From positions 15,624,001-15,688,000 of the forward strand of contig CM022670.1 in NCBI GenBank assembly GCA_012295275.1: 64,000 nucleotides of DNA, written 5' to 3'. Position 1 is the stretch's first letter. Every line of letters begins with the position of its first letter. This document shows, in pieces, positions 29,491 to 43,638 of this stretch. The notes beneath the pieces are model-generated. The model saw only the letters and a list, made by a program, of their open reading frames with translations, was not told the origin of the DNA and ran no database searches. The DNA is from Chrysomallon squamiferum. Lineage: Eukaryota; Animalia; Mollusca. A program made the translations under genes and the position numbers.

Positions 29491-32115
29491 GAATTTAGTA
29501 ACTGAATTAAACAAAAAACATTTGATCATCAATGACTGTTATGCTAATATTATACGGGTTTGCTTAATCATTCCAAGGTATGTAATAAACAAGATGTGTA
29601 ACAAATGGGAGACAACCGATGTATGCTCAGACAGTCAGCACACAGTAAATCTAAAACTACAACTGATAATGTCTTTTTAATTTTTTGATTGGTAGTAGTA
29701 TATTCTAATACTTCCTTGCAGACAGTTTGCCCAACATAAAACATTCAAAAAGGCAGGGGAATATGATCCAGAGATTCGCAGTTTGTCAGGAGTAACAGGC
29801 CTAGCTGAGTACAAGTCTCTGGGAAACAGAGATGTGTATATTGAACAGCTGAAACAGTGTGGACTGACAAAAGAAGAAATAGAACTCAAACTTGGCTCAG
29901 ATAATGTATGTTTAGTGCTAATTTTTTGGTTTAAACTGGCTAGAGACTTTTTTTTTTTCTTTTTTTTTTAACTTGTTTTTATTTATATTGAAATTTATTT
30001 TGAAGTTTGTTTGAAATTTTTAATGTTGTATTACTGTTGTTTCTATTTATAGAGAAATTTATTTTTATCATATTAGTACTTTTCTTTTGATCTTTAGTCA
30101 TTTATAAATAATCATTATTATTATTATTATAATTACAACTGTTTTTACTGTTGTTGTTGTTATCGTCATTGTCATTTATATTTTTTTTATAATTTTATAA
30201 TTTTTTAAATTTATTATTACCATTATTATTATTGTTATTATTATTATTATTATTATATTTTGTGGAAACTATTTTGTGGCTTGATTCAGAAATAATATAA
30301 CTTGTAAATGAAAATGGTTTCTGTGTTGTATATTTCTATTAATTTCTATTTTAGCTGTTATCCAAAACAAGCAAATATGGAATTAACCCACAAGTTGAAC
30401 AAGAGAGATTACAGAAAGTGGAACTTAAAATCAGTGAATGTCAAAAACAGTTGTCCAAACCTGACACATTTACTGGAGTCGTTCACCTTGGAAGGCACCA
30501 GATGGAGCTGGAGAAATCTCTCATTAATATTAATAAGGAAACTAAAACTGTCAGTGATGCATTAACTAAGCCAAAGCCTCAAACTATTGGTGATCCCAAT
30601 GACCTGATAAACCAGCTTCCAGATATTTTAAGGTGTGTGCAAGAAAAAGCTAAAGAAGAAACTCTAAAACGTAGAAAGAGACGACATATGTACTGTGCTG
30701 ATCCAGGGGACGTTGAGAAACAGTCGGAGCTGATAGGACCACTGTTACCTGCTTGCAATGATGAAGATGTCAGTTCACAGGATGTCACCTCAGCACATCC
30801 AGATGTTACAGATGAGTCTCTGTCTAATTGTACAAGAAGTTGGGACACAGTGTCAGCTGACAGTGTTTCTGACAGACCACCTGACACTGCTTCTGACAAA
30901 CCATCTGACACTTCTCCTGATGAACTAGATGACACCATTTCTGACAAAACATCTGACAAAACATCTGACACTGCTTCTGACAAACCACCTGACACCAATC
31001 ATAATGGGCCTCGACAATTAAAAACTCATGTGGAATTTGTTCCGGAAGATGTCATTAAGAAATACAGACTCACTGAGAATGACATCAGAAATTTGCCAAG
31101 GTTTTCAAATTATTCCACTGGTGACCCAAGCAATGTAAATGTTTATCCAACATTTTTTATGCAAAAGATTGAATTCATTTTTCAACCTAGTTTTAAAAAT
31201 AAATTATGACAGGTTTAAGTTTTTAGATCTTGATAAAGAATATTCTTTTGAACAGTAAACAGACTTTTCAAGTTTGATATTAAAATAAGAATATTACACT
31301 TTGTTTACCACAGAATTAAACAAATTTAATAAACCCCATAAAAAAAAACAAGGTTTTTGTGTCAGTAAAATATTACAATAAAAATTTATAGTTTATGACT
31401 CTGACACCATGGAAATAAATAATAATATGTATATATATATATTTTTTATTTATTAATTTTATATAATTTTTTTTTTTTTTTTTTTTAATAATTCTGTAGA
31501 TTGTCTTTTTAAAATCTGTTATGTAGTATTATTTGTGGGATTTTTTATTTTTTAGGTTTTGTATTTGAAAAATTTGAGTAGTTTGGTAACTGAAGAGGAC
31601 CTGGTCTCATTATTTGGACGTTTTCAGAAGACCGAAGAGAAGACAATTGTCTACAAACTGATGTCTGGACGAATGAGAGGACAAGCTTTCATAACATTCC
31701 CTGGTTAGTACAGTTTTCCTCTCAATATAATAAACTGTATAAAACTGAGAAGGAGAAAAAACAACTTCTAATGACAGTTGTTAATAATATAAATCATTCA
31801 TCTGTTGACTTGTACAATCTCTCTAAAGCAAACAAATATACAGTGACATACAACAGAGTAATTATTACTATGTGTTGTTTGTTTTAAAGGAAATGGAATA
31901 TCAAGTAGTGCACCAATGTTTTTGTTGTTATTATTGTTGTTGTTATTAGATATGCTCACTGTTGTTTGTTTTTTCAAGGAAATTTCTTTTTTCAGTTTTC
32001 TTGATTTATTTTTATTTTTCTAGATGTGTCAACAGCAAGCAGTGCACTTGAGCTAGTTAATGGATACCACTTCAAAGGGAAACCTGTAATCATACAGTAT
32101 GGAAAGAAAGGCTGA
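28841..32115 (+). CDS. RBM41: RNA-binding protein 41 (single C-terminal RRM), about 440 aa
   Basis: Exons 28841-28959, 29722-29905, 30355-31134, 31556-31703 and 32024-32115 splice in frame. The N-terminal QTEGEKHLQNLVEKQLNTD and the RRM VLYLKNLS..VTEEDLVSLFGRFQ..MSGRMRGQAFITFP..ALELVNGY..GKP.IIQYGK match RBM41. The true start may lie upstream, since the frame is open back to the acceptor at 28800. Confidence 0.9.
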
Positions 32116-33570
32116 CGAAGACCACCATGATTGTTTACCTAAATTAAACTAGAGAATAAGTGAAGCATGCTGATCTGACAGGGATGTCATACTTCATGCA
32201 CTGAAAGAAAGTGAAATATATTTGTTTCTTTAAAGATGAAAATATTTGCTAATCAAATAAAATTACTTTGGCAGTAAACAGCATAATGAATTGAAAATAA
32301 ACAACTGAAAGTAAACAACACAACTAACCGAAAATAAACACAGCTGACTGAAGTGTTTAAATAAAGTGTGTAAGACAAAAAGTTTGATAACAGCCCAGTT
32401 ACAAGATGGGCAAAAAAACATCTACGATTTAAGATTCCACAGCAGAATGTTTGGAAAATGTAGTATCCTGAGTTATAAATATATATATAAAAAAATAAAC
32501 AAAATGGTTTGCAATGGCTACAAACATAGATACATGTCTGATGAAATTGTGAGTTTTTCTATGCCAGTGCCATACATTTCACTATAACATCAATATTATG
32601 GTCCAAGAACTAAGACTTGATTAAAGATCAGTTTCATTATTAGCATCCAGGAACTAACAACTGATTAAAAATCTATATCAAATGAGTTTTACATCATCAC
32701 TGATATAAATTTTGATAGTGCAACTAATTTGAAAAATAACTAGCATTCAAGACCTTTTGTAAACTAGCTAAATTATATTACAGAATTATTGAAAACTCTT
32801 GTTACTAATATATTTAATAAAGTGATACATTAAATTATGTTACTTCTTTTTTTTTTTTTTTTTTTTTTCTTTTTTTTTCTTCAGTTCTGTCAGTTTCTGT
32901 ATTCTGACACAAATAGAAGAATTCCTGTTGCTCACGAATGACTGAGTTAGGGCTGGAACCCATTCAGCTGAAATATATATTTCTTGTTTTCAGAAGAATG
33001 TATATATATAAAATAATAATAATAATAATAATTTTGCTAGAAATCATAGCTAAAAAGGCAGAGCAAACAATATTTTTGTTATAATGTTTTGATTATTTTA
33101 TTTAATTTGCAATCCAGTAATGGATCACAACCCACAGTTTGAATGACTCTGATTTAAAGCAATGCTGTAGAACTATAGAACTCAGATTCAAGTTGTTATC
33201 TGTTGTAACACTAACCTATAATTATATAACTTCACTAAATAAAGATGCATTGCCCATAATAACAGTACAGAAATATTAACAAACCACATCAACTAGAAGA
33301 TTTAGTATGAAATTAAAAACAGACATTTCAATATTAATAACATACTTGGAACAATAAATTAGTAATAGATTTTCTTCATCCTTGTCAAACTGTTACGTAA
33401 TAATGGATCTTAAATGAGTTAATTTACTAGTCTTCTGCACAGCATTTATTAATCTGCATAGCATTTATTAAAATCAAAGTAAATCTTTTACAGGCTTTTT
33501 TTTTTCTTGACAAATGTAGTAGAGTCAGAGTAGTTTACTGTTTTTATTATTATTGTTATTGTTATTGTTA

Positions 33571-33601
<31 letters not shown>

Positions 33602-35260
33602 CATTATTATTATTTTTATTTATTTATTTATTTGGGTTTTTTCATTTGGTTTTTTTTAATTATTTTTTATTTCTTATTTTCTTCTTATTATTATTATTGT
33701 TGTTGTTTTTGTTGTTGTTCTTGTTGTTAATTAATTAAAAATATAATAATAATAATAAAAGAAAGACAGAAAGAAAGAAAATAATAATGACTCAGACTTT
33801 TATGTTGATTTGCTCCTCTTAATTCATAACGCAGTTATCTACATGAAATCGTGCTATCAGATAATTTCGAACAATAAAATCATGACCAGGATGTCTTAAA
33901 TCATTATCTGAATCTTGAAGAACATATTTAAGATGAGCACTCTGTGCCAAACATCAGAAACAAATTTAAATAGTACAGCATACTGATTATAAAATAATGA
34001 AGATAGATATAAAAAAAACAACAATAGATATGCTATGAAACTGTAAGCCAACACTAATTATGGATATTAGTGTAGAATTGTTATCAAACTTTAGAACATT
34101 GACTTGCTGTAGTCAATGACTAACTGGAGACAATAGTCACACCAGTACAGTCAAACTAATGTTATTAATGATAAAATTGAATACTAATTTGTATTATTGA
34201 TCATGGTTGGGAATAAAATAGTTATAGTCACTGAAATAATTGTTTTGAATAATTAAGGCACAGAGGAATACATCAAGGGTTTTGATGTAAATACAAAGTA
34301 GGGTAAGCTTTAATTCAAACAGTAAAATGCTGAGTATATTTTATATGTACAACATTCAAACTTTCCTTTAGTTTGTAATGTAATGGAGAATATAAAATTC
34401 TAAACTATTTATTTATTTATTTATTTATTTTTGTTATCATCATCATCATCATAATCATTATTATTATTATTATTATTATTACTACTATTATTACTACTAC
34501 TACTACTACTACTCAATTATTCTTATTTATTTATTTATTTATTTTTCATTTTAATATCTATATAAATGATAAGATTAAAAATTAAAAAAATTAAAATATA
34601 TATAGTTTATAATTAAATTTTTAAATTAATTGCTATTAAACTTTTTTATTTTGTGTTTGTTTTTTTACTATTGACAATACATTCGAATCATGCTGAACAC
34701 AAACGGGTCGCTAGATAGTTTATAATAAGAAGCGTTTTGTTTAAAAACACAACATTTCTGTTCGAAACGTATCTATCATCTCATCTCCGTCATGATAATG
34801 TTCTTTCAGCAATGATTTTTAATACATAGCTAAGTCCATGGGAGCTTAGATAATGTGATTGTTGTTACCAAATACATCCCATAGAACTCATCAACAGCAG
34901 CAGTAAAACGTCCAAAAAGAAACAAAACACCAACCACCTGCTGGTTTCCATGACGACGTGTTGCCATTCCAGCAGTGACGAAGTCTATTATTATGATTTA
35001 TTTATCTAGCTAAGTATTTTATTTTTTAATGTCTAGACTTCACGATGCAGATGATGATCGTTCATGAGTTCCGAAGACCGGTCTAAAGTTTGAAATAAAT
35101 TTCAAAACTACTTGCTGCGCCCACATATCAAAATGAATCTGCACGAATGTCAACAATTTCGGATAACTACGAGTCACCAAGTGCTAAAATCAAATTTGAC
35201 TGATCTGGAATTAGTGATAAAACTTCAAGGTGTGGAGATATATATATATATATATATATA

Positions 35261-35291
<31 letters not shown>

Positions 35292-37242
35292 TGTTTTATT
35301 GGGAGTTTTTTGGGGGGTTGGGGTTTTGGGTTTTTTTTTTATCATTACAGGAAATTTTTCAGTCAACATCTCAGTAGAAAATATATAAACATAATTTTTG
35401 CACAGTCAAATATAAGTTTATCTCTTCATTTATCTGGTTATAAAATTAACGAGTTTTAAAGAATCTGGAATGTAGAGTGACTGTAAGTAGTTATTAGGCC
35501 ATAAAATACAGTTCTTATCGCAGACAGGTTTTAATATATGTTTTATTATATGTAACATAACATTAAATTTACCTGATAATCATAAAAAAACAAAAAATAC
35601 ATGAAAGAAAATTTAAAGGTAAGTTCAGATGGACTATAATTTAATTCTTTCCGGCATCTCAAGAAGTGAAGATGGATTCCATTTCCAGTTCAGGGTTATT
35701 ATTTTGTAATGAAGACTGATATTTCATTTTCTGCATTGTCTCTCCAACGTCTGAAGATTTTGATCAATTCTGATCATTGTTGCACATTGCATTCTGTCTA
35801 AATCTATATTTTTTTGTGAACAACTGCAATACCATTGTTTGTTTGTTCTTGTTCTTTAGGGGGGAGGGTTTGAGTGTGTTGTTTTTGGAGTAGTTTCAGA
35901 TATTTAAAATAGAATGACACAAAGCAAGATCTTTTCCTTAAAGCAATAACATTGGGTTCCCTTTTCACAGATCCTTCGCGAAAGCATGGAGCTAAGAACA
36001 GAAAACCAAGCAAACGTTCTTTCAGAATACACACTAACAAAAACACTGGTGATTAATAACATCCTCTTTTTCTTCTTCTTTTTTATTTTTATTTTTTATT
36101 TTTTAAAAACAATTTTCAGCAGTCTGACAGGAGAAAAGTTCAGCTTCTGTCAGTTTTAATTCTGACACTCTCATTCACGAAGAACAGCACAATCTGTTGT
36201 TTTTATTTAACAAAAAAAAAACAAAAAAAAAAAAAAAAATATAGTAAAAATTAATATATTTAAACATTACATCACCGATAGTAACACCTGTATATTAACC
36301 ACTACTTGTTTAAGTGTGCTCAGGTTTGAATCAATGGGACCCGTAACCTTGTCTGCTCACCAGCCTAATGAAACACCAGTGTTTGTTTATTTTACAAAAC
36401 GCTCTTCATTTTCTACCTCAAGATTTATAGCATCAACAGCGGACTTTGATGTTCCATAAACCGAGCACACGAACCGATGACATTTTAATAGAAAGTAAAC
36501 CAGAATTTTTATCAGTCTGTTTAATTTTAATGGATGTGTGGAGAAGCTGCTTTATAAAAATAACGAAAAAAAGTTATTATGACTGAAAACGTTAATTTAT
36601 CATAACAGACACATTTTTTAAAATTTATTATTATTGTTATTATTAGTCTGAAAATATTAAAATTTGTACTAAGGACAGTGAAGCTTGATACTTTGTAATC
36701 GAAGATAAGTAAAGTAGAAAACTATTGAAAACAAAGAAACTGACTAATTTACTAGCCTTTGGTGTGGGAAATTAATAGTAAAAATCTTAATTATACTACT
36801 AATATCTTTGTCTGCATTCCGTTTTACTCCCACACACACACCAAAAATAATAATATCCTATCAACAAAGAGACTTCTTTAAGAGCAAAATATATTTTTAT
36901 TTGCAACAGTTAAAATAAAATAAAAATATGCCTAACAAAATTATATTAATTGGTTAAGTTGTGACATTACATGGATGTTTTGTCTGACAGTAATTAAATA
37001 TGGCTCAAGTAACGAGTAAAAACAACTTCGCTGTTGTTCATGATGACCAGAACAAGAAACATGCTGTGATCACTTTTAACCCAGCTTTATTTTCACAGTG
37101 ATCTGAAATATCAATGAGACAAGAAACAGCTTCTCGTGTTTTCTGGAATCAGTTTTTTTTTCTTATTATTATTTTCTTTTTCTTTCTTTCTTTTTTTTTT
37201 TTCTTATAATTATTATATTTTATTTTTACATTTTTTATTTTA

Positions 37243-37273
<31 letters not shown>

Positions 37274-39118
37274 TTTTTTTTTTTAATTATTATTTTTTTT
37301 TTTTTTGGCTTCACTTGGATGTGGTTAATTTCTATCAAACATCCATCAGAGAACTTTACAAGCTTGCTTAACACTGTTTATGTTTTGTTTACATGTTCTC
37401 AGTACTGCACTCACTGCAGTCTTTAGAAAAATAAACTTGTTGCCTTGCCCTTTTTTTTTGTCAAAACATAATTATACTGGCAGTATTGAATGTTCTCTTA
37501 CTTTATTTTACATTATGATTTAAAATAAGTATTTTTTAATTGAAATAAAACACGGCCTTGAATTGCAGAACATATTTATCATAATTCTCCAAGAATTTTT
37601 TTTTTTAAAAAGGTTTGATTAGAATAATGAATTAAGTCTTCTGTCGGTACCTCTGGGTAATTTCCAGCACACTTCCACTGCAGAACATTCAATCTTCTTG
37701 AAGTCATGAACTCTGACTTGGATAGAAAATTCTTTTAAGACTTTGATTTATTAATTTGTAGATTTTGGATCTTATCCAATGCATAACTCTCTACCAACAT
37801 AATTTACACCTTTGAATTGAAGTACATTTAGTATATTTATCATAAAGCTAAAAAAAAATATATATTTGAAAAACTGATGAATGTGTAAAAGGATTTTTTT
37901 TTAAATCTAAGTATTATTTGTTGTTCTGGTGTTGATTTTACTGCTACAGCAACACAGTGATCTTCAATCATTGATTCTTCAAACGACCAATCCTGACTCA
38001 GCTGACCATCAATGTGTCTGATTGGGTGACACATCTGTTGTATGAACATGAAAATCTAGACGTCCAACTTCAAATCCAATTCCTATACCCAAAGCCTTCA
38101 CTAAACTTTCTTTCTTTCTGAAAATTATACATTTTCATGAAGAAAAAATATTTAACAACCTTAAAATACTGAAATTCTTCTGATTTAAAGTTATATAAAA
38201 TATCTGTAACTATTATAACGTGTGCATTTATTAATAATTGTATATCACACTCTCATTAATAGTTACCTTTGGCAGCCTGATGTATTATGTCATGTTAAAA
38301 TTCCAGATTAAACTTTAAAAATTTCCAAATATTAATATATATATATAAGAATCTTGACTTAAAAAGATATATTCTTTATTTGCCATACGGGTCATGGCAA
38401 AATCTTTGATTAATATAAAACATTTCTCGTGACAGTGATGTTGTGTGCAAAAAGCTTCAAATGTCTGAGTCCAGCATGTCAATCATTTCGAAGTCACTTT
38501 CATTTCAATGAACACTAAAACTGAGATTCCTTTTGGTTGCTTTGGGTTTTGTTTAGGGGAGTTTCGGGGTGCTGTTTTTTTTTTTTTTTTTTTGTTTTTT
38601 TCAACATTCTCCATTTTTCCATTGCCTAAGATTGTTTAGAAAATAGTTTTCTCCTAATTAACTTTTATTCTGATAGAGTCACCACATACAACAAATCCAG
38701 CAGAAAGAGTTTTTAAAGTATTTTTTAGAGACAAATCAAACATTTATTAAAATTCTGTGATATAACATAGTAATATTTCTCCTGCACATTCTTTTTCACT
38801 TGGTAGAAACAGAATGAAAAAAACAACCTAAACAACGTGTATTTATTTAACTTTAAAAATTACCAGTATGGCTGATTAAGGAAGCTGAATATCAAAGTTT
38901 AATTACGATTTCGAGACAGAAAATGGATAAATGAATGAAAATAATCATTAATTATTTAAGAAAACTTGTAGTAGTAGTAGTAGTAGTAATTTAGCAGTTG
39001 TTGTAGTAGAAATAACAACAATAATAAAAACAAAAACAGCAATAATAATAATAAGAATAAGAAGAAGAATATTAATAATAATAAAAATAATATTAATATT
39101 AATAATAATAATAATAAT

Positions 39119-39182
<64 letters not shown>

Positions 39183-40321
39183 TTATTAAAATATAAATCA
39201 GAATACAATAATTCGGTTTACAAACGAACGCCCTGTGCTAAACGCATGGGCTGAATGCGAGCACCTTGTCGTATTACATATTTACATTAATAATGCGATC
39301 ACTCGCCAGATGGCCATCTATGCAGACCGCCTGATGCCCTCCAAGTAAATTTCTTAATTTAAAACGCATCAGCTTGCATTTCGCTAATTGAGCTAGTGTA
39401 TTAAACTGGGGACTCAGTGGGTACTTTAGCTAACTAACCGGAACACATCATACAGAATATTTACAAATATTCCTGCTTTATTTATCGATCGTTATCTTAA
39501 TTTACTGTATATATAAATAATTGGAAATCGACAAGCATAACGTATATATGTATAAGATTATGATTGATAGATATGAATAAATGTATTATGCGGTAGCATT
39601 ATTTGTTTTTTTTTTTTTTCTTATAAAAAAAAAAAGAAGTAATTTTAAGTACGTTTCTACTTATGCTAGTCCTTCTGAAATTAGTTATATTCTTAAAGTG
39701 TGAAACTGTTTTTATATGTCCCTGTTGTGGTTTATAAATCCAGAATTAATTGTGCTCAGAATTTAACGAATTGTGTTTCAGTGCTTTCTCATTGTTTCTA
39801 GACGTATTAGAAATTAAGAAAATTTTGCGTCCTTATGAACGACCTGCTCCGAACTTCAGATTATTGTGAACAATTTAAAATGATATTGCTTTAAGCCGAC
39901 CAAGAAAAACAACAACAACAACAAAAATGATGGACTAATATTAAGTATTCGTAATAATTATTTTATCTTTTATTACTATATTATTTCTTTATTTATTTAT
40001 TTACGCAATACTACTTAACGACCCACTACCAACTTTATGTTACTGTAGAAAAAACAAATAATAATAATAATAATAATAATAATGTTGTTGTTGTTGTTGT
40101 TACTTTAAGTCGATGAAGAAAAAACCTTCAAAACATTCTGGACAAATATCCATTATAGTTTTATTTTTTATTACTATACATTTATTTATTTATTTACATA
40201 GTTATTTGGGTCTTGTTGACGTTGTTAATGCTGTTTATGGTATGATGTTGTTGTTGTCTTTATCATATTTTTTTTTTTTTTTTTTTTTTTAATTTTTATT
40301 TATTTATTTTATTTTTTTTTT

Positions 40322-40356
<35 letters not shown>

Positions 40357-40423
40357 GCTTTCTTTTTTTTGTGTGTGTGTGTTTTTTGGGGGTGTATGTT
40401 GGGAAGGTAATTTTTTCTTCTTT

Positions 40424-40456
<33 letters not shown>

Positions 40457-41063
40457 TCTGACCAAGAAGTGAGTCTGACACGAACTTACTTGTATAAGTT
40501 TTATGAACATAACATTAAAGTTCTTTCTGCTGTCTTCCCGTATGCGGGTGGTCAGACTGGGATTTCCTCTGCACCACCACGGGGACTGCCCACAGCTTTC
40601 CACCATAAAACCCAAATAAAAGAGATTCTGTTTACAGAGAGGAGAAATAGAAGCCTCGGAACGGTAAACGATAAAACCCAAATTTTAAACAAAAGTTAAT
40701 TCTACATATTTTAAGAATAAAATTTAATAGATCCTTAAGATAGCTATAATTTCTGCTCCTACTTCCGTTATTATATGTTCATAAAAAATGTATAAAAATT
40801 ATTTCAAAATGAATAAAACAAATATATTAAAATAGGCTTAGATAAGAAAGTTGTTGTTTTTTTGTGGGGGGCGGTTGCTGGTGGTGTTTGTTTTTGGATT
40901 TTTTTTCCTTCTTTTCTAATTTTTTTTTTTTTTTTTGTCGTTGTTGATGTTGTTGTTTTTCCTTCGTCTTATAATGAACAACATCTTATAGTCAACAACA
41001 TCCATTTTTACTTATTTATTTATTTATTTATTTATCTTTAGTTGTATATTTGTACGTTCGTTA

Positions 41064-41105
<42 letters not shown>

Positions 41106-41389
41106 TAATTAATTAACTTATTTAATATTATAAAATTCTAAAGAAAGAAGATCTGTATTTGTTATTAAATATCCAGCCAAGAAAATAAATTGCCCGTCTA
41201 AGTTGGAGGATAAGAATATCGTCCAAGAAATGAATGTCAAATTAAAACTCTTTATACGATGATGGATCTAGCGTTAACGAATAGCGCTATCTATTTCAGT
41301 GTAATTTTATTTTATTTATTTTCTTATTTTTGTATTTACTATTATTTTTTTATTATTTTATTTTTATTTATTTATTTGTTGATTATTAT

Positions 41390-41423
<34 letters not shown>

Positions 41424-41868
41424 ACCGGAAAACAATTACGTGTACTAAGCATTATTTTTATTGATACACCGTCAGGTTATTAAATGAATGTTAAATTATC
41501 AAATTAGAATGAACATTTTTTTTGAAATTACGAACTACTGTAAATCCGTTTAAAAAAAAAAATAATAATAATAATAATTTTGTACATACAACACTAATTC
41601 GAGTTTCAGAATAACTGTTTGTTTCTTGTTGTTGAAAGAGCTGTAATTGCCAATAAGTGAAATGTAACTATAATTTTTATGTTGTGATAACTGTAACAGA
41701 CACGTAATATTTCAAATCATTTTACAAACTGTATTAATGAACAATCACTGCCATTTTTTTTTTTTTTGAAACTTTTGTTTAAATTTTTCATCTCATTTTT
41801 TTTTTTTTTTTTTTTTTTTTTCTTATTCATTTCTTCTTCTTCTTTTTCTTCTTCTTCTTCTTCTTCTT

Positions 41869-41934
<66 letters not shown>

Positions 41935-43607
41935 ACTTAACTGGCTATGGCATTAAAATAGTACACAAAAATATAATTTACTACATTCACTGCATTCAGT
42001 GTTTTATGTGTGAGCATTTGGGTTTTTTAATGCAAAAAGTCTTGTAGTATGGTATAGTTTATTTGCTTTGAGTCTGACAGCTCGTATGTGTATGTTATTA
42101 CAATACAAAACATTTGACAAACAGTGACAACCTGTGTGGAAAATGTATTCGTGATCACATATAGAGCTCCACAAATGAAACCACGAAATTTCAAATAACA
42201 TTATATGTGAAGTCTGTTATATAGAAAGTGTGTAATTACAAAATATACCTTACTTCTCATACAACCCGAAGCCGATTTTTTTTTTCTGAATATTTTAATT
42301 TGTATAAGAATTATGAAATATTGCAATGATTATTAAATAGTCTGGTTAAACAAACTCCCGCCTAAACTCGGCCACGTGACTAATTACGGCAGCTCTGTTG
42401 CAGTGACATTTAAAAGTTGTTCATCAAAACTGATGTCTGAGTGATTTTGTCTAATTAATGCTAATGGCTCCTTCACATTTCTGAAGACATTAATTCTCGA
42501 ATCGTGGAACATCTACATCACGATATCCAACTACTAACCTTCATCCGAAACAAATTTCCAACCTAACTTAGTTTGCTGTGGCCTTTTTCATGCATTTGCC
42601 GGCAAAAACGTTGATAAATTAACACACACTTTTCAGGGAAATAAATAAATAAATAAATAATACAACAAATAAATTAACAAACAAACAAACAAAAAACAAA
42701 CAAATAAATAAATAAATAAAAGAGAAGGAAAATACGTGTTCTAATTTTACAAAAATAACAATAATGAAATCACTTGATTAACTTTTGCAGTGTATCCAAT
42801 AACAACAAATTATTTCATAACTACACTTCTTATCAGAACCTACGTAACAGATTTTAAGCTCGGTTAAATTAAAAGAATTTTAATGTTCGGTGACTAGATC
42901 TGGCATGATTTCAAGTTGTGATGATGTAAAAAGAAAAACTGCTTTGATCCGCTGATTATACCCAAGGTACGGGAAGATTTCCCCAAAGGACGTGAATCTA
43001 ACAACTGATGTTTGCAGGTCCCCGGGTCCCTGATTACAGTTTAACTAAAACTCCACAGCAGCCTCAACGTTCTTCTAACATTCCGTTACATATTAAAGTA
43101 AATTTAAAAAAATATATGAATTAATAAATGAATCTATGGATGAATGAAGTGATGAATGAATGAACCAAGAAGAAAGTGTTTCAAGGTGTATTAATCCTTC
43201 CTCATGCTTTATGTTAATGAACTATTTTAATTATATATATATAAAGATTTAAATATTTATTAAACATGAAACTAATTAACTCAATTATTGATAAATTAAT
43301 CATTAAGTTAACTGAATGAAAATTATTTTTTTATTGTTTTCACTTTCCCGTCTCTGTTTTATCTATTTTTAACAGAGATTTTTAAAAATTTGTAATAGTT
43401 TTGTTTTTGTAAACAATTATTTAATTTTTATCAAATAACTGCAAACGATATTATTTATGTACGTGTATGCAGGTAATATTTTGAACATTAGTAAAAAGAT
43501 TGTTTTTTTGTTGTGTGTGTACATGTATACGTATGTATGTATGTAGTATGTATGATATGTACGTATGCACGTATGCACGTATGTACGAATGTATGTATGT
43601 ATGTATG

Positions 43608-43638
<31 letters not shown>

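Noticed and set aside
30579-30998. 139-aa antisense ORF
   Set aside because: Shadow of the repetitive RBM41 exon.
28960-32023. Possible U12-type intron in RBM41
   Set aside because: The donors are gtaagt, gtatgt, gtaaat and gttagt; none matches RTATCCTT.
32925-32975. B-box-like sequence suggesting a tRNA or SINE (similar hints near 17600 and 25595)
   Set aside because: No cloverleaf or A-box can be supported; at most these are highly decayed SINE remnants.
37620-38110. Exon-like complex sequence, including ORF 37840..38049
   Set aside because: I could not build a consistent spliced frame or recognise a protein family; left uncalled.
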